From Lama guanicoe (lineage: Eukaryota), in assembly GCA_013239625.1 (NCBI GenBank), contig MU053559.1, positions 2,338,324-2,402,323 of the forward strand: DNA of 64,000 nucleotides. Direction: 5' to 3'. This document shows positions 62,406 to 64,000 of this stretch, one piece after another (within the stretch, counting starts at the first letter, position 1; each line of letters starts with the position of its first letter). The notes beneath the pieces were generated by a model, which was given only the letters and a program-made list of their open reading frames with translations, was not told the origin of the DNA and made no database searches. The position numbers and the translations under genes are program-made.

Positions 62406-62865
62406 AGGAGATGTATCACTGTGATATGATGATGGTGGTGGATTTGACTATAGCAGTTAGTGGAAGGGAATTTAAAGCGGGGGGAAAGAAATCAACCATA
62501 TGAAACTCACCTCACCTTTTCTATTGCACACTTCTTGTCTGCAGCAGGCTGAAACTGGGAGAGAAGTGCAGTTTAATGCTAAGTCAAGTTTGGAGTTTTG
62601 ACTCAAGCTAGACTAGACCATCTGATTTCTGAATGGAGACTGCTACATAAAGCGTGTTGAGGTGTGTCCGATTCCCGGCCAAGAGGCCTGGACTGCTGGA
62701 AATTTTCATGCCACGGAAGCATGGACTCGGCCATGAAAGCAACTACATAAAATTTTTAGTGGAATGTATTCTACATATAAAGGAGTATATTTAAAGTACA
62801 TATATACTTAAATAATAATTACATAAATCGACTCCTTTTTCCATAGTACTTAGCTCAAGAGTTAA

Positions 62866-63026
62866 CATTGGTTCTCAAACCTTGGTGTCTATCAGAATTC
62901 ACTGGAGAACTACTAGACAGCACAGAGGTCCACGCTCCTAGAAGGAGGCTAGAACTCAGGCCTTTTTTATTTTTACCACGTTCCCCACCTGGTTCTGACA
63001 GAGATCAAAGTTTGAGAACTGCTGAC
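62866..63026. mobile_element. MER5-type element inserted in an L1ME remnant (about 62750-63380, minus)
   Basis: cattggttctcaaaccttgg...caaagtttgagaactgctg, with inverted termini. Confidence 0.8.
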
Positions 63027-63689
63027 CTAGAATCATTACTGATACTTCTGAAGGCTTCTGTGTACCTCTCCCCAGTCATACCCCATTCCTTCATCCAGAA
63101 TCAACTATTGTCTTCAACTGTATTCATCATTCCCTTATTATTCTTTATAGTTTCTCATTTACATCCATCCAGGTACCCCTTCAAAATACTTTGCTTAGTT
63201 TTGCCTGTTCTCAAGCTTTTTAAGATTGGAAACACAGTATACGTTTGCTTTTTATTTGTCACATTACGTTCTTGAGATGCATCCATCTTGATGCATGTAG
63301 CTATCTTTCATGTGTGGCCATTGGTGCACAGTATTCCATTTGAGGAATATTTCACCGTTTTTATCCACCTTTGTTGGGCTGAATATTGACTCAAGTAACT
63401 ACATCTTGAGAACTTCACTGGTTGCTTGGGAAAGGTTAAGACTTGATGAAAGGTAACATCTCTGCCCTCCATTGCTCCCCTGCTGTCCTCTCCTCACCTG
63501 CAATTTTGGCTCCCTGCCCTCACCAAGGAGTAACAAGGACCCCTTCCCCCCAGGGATCAATGGAAGCTGAATGGAAAACCTGGTCTGTCACCCCCCACCT
63601 AAGAGTACCGAGGTAATACTCTTTCACCCACTGGAGTGGTATCAGAAAATCAATGTTTCTTTTCATCTGAGCACCTCCGACTGATACTT

Positions 63690-63862
63690 GATTATGTATC
63701 TATCTGTTTTTTCTCTCCCCAACACTAGAATCTAAGCTCTACGAAGGTAAGAACTTTATATTGTTCACTGCTGGATTCTTAGATCCTACAACTTGCCTGG
63801 CAGAAAGTAACACTCAATCCATATTTATTGAATGAATGAATCAATCAATCAATCAATGAATA
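63690..63862 (+). mobile_element. L2 3' end with (AATG/AATC)n tail
   Basis: ctagaatctaagctctacgaagg...ttgttcactgctg...atttattgaatgaatgaatcaatc. Confidence 0.85.
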
Positions 63863-64000
63863 AGATAGTATTATTTAATTTTGATTGGGTGTTCATAAGC
63901 TATTCATTATGCATAGACTATTATTTCCAAGTTCTTTAGATGCAAATGTAAGTTTTGCAAGTTATAGAATTGGCTGGATTTGGTACAACACCAACAGGAA

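Noticed and set aside
1..64000. Six-frame ORFs as protein-coding genes
   Set aside because: All are short, overlap TEs or simple repeats, or resemble no protein I recognise. The only recognisable peptides are broken L1 ORF2 and Charlie transposase fragments.
1..64000. CRISPR array, operon or prokaryotic defence-type system
   Set aside because: The DNA is mammalian. The direct repeats are isolated TSD pairs, not regularly spaced arrays.

Overview
Mammalian genomic DNA, very probably camelid (alpaca/camel lineage): it carries six copies of a tRNA-Ala-derived SINE that I recognise as vic-1, plus many short young L1 3' tails. Most of the window is interspersed repeat: old and young L1, L2, L3/CR1, MIR, ten MLT1 (MaLR) LTRs, LTR16-type LTRs, two MER41-like ERV1 solo LTRs, a Charlie1 hAT fossil, MER5 elements and microsatellites, with two assembly gaps. 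I found no recognisable protein-coding exon, rRNA, functional tRNA or CRISPR array. The ORF track is explained by TE remnants, simple repeats and chance. I see no convincing undescribed biological system. The best leads are: (i) a 5'-inverted L1 nested in the tail of another 5'-inverted L1 that carries about 210 bp of captured non-L1 DNA (38.5-39.8 kb); (ii) two MER41-like LTRs with a TTC-N4-GAA STAT site; (iii) a recursive-splice-like YAG|GTAAG motif in an enhancer-like unique block at 54.7 kb; (iv) an MLT1 strand bias and a candidate 39-nt exon that hint at a minus-strand host transcript. Repeat family names come from recalled consensus sequences, not a database search. Boundaries without a quoted TSD are approximate.
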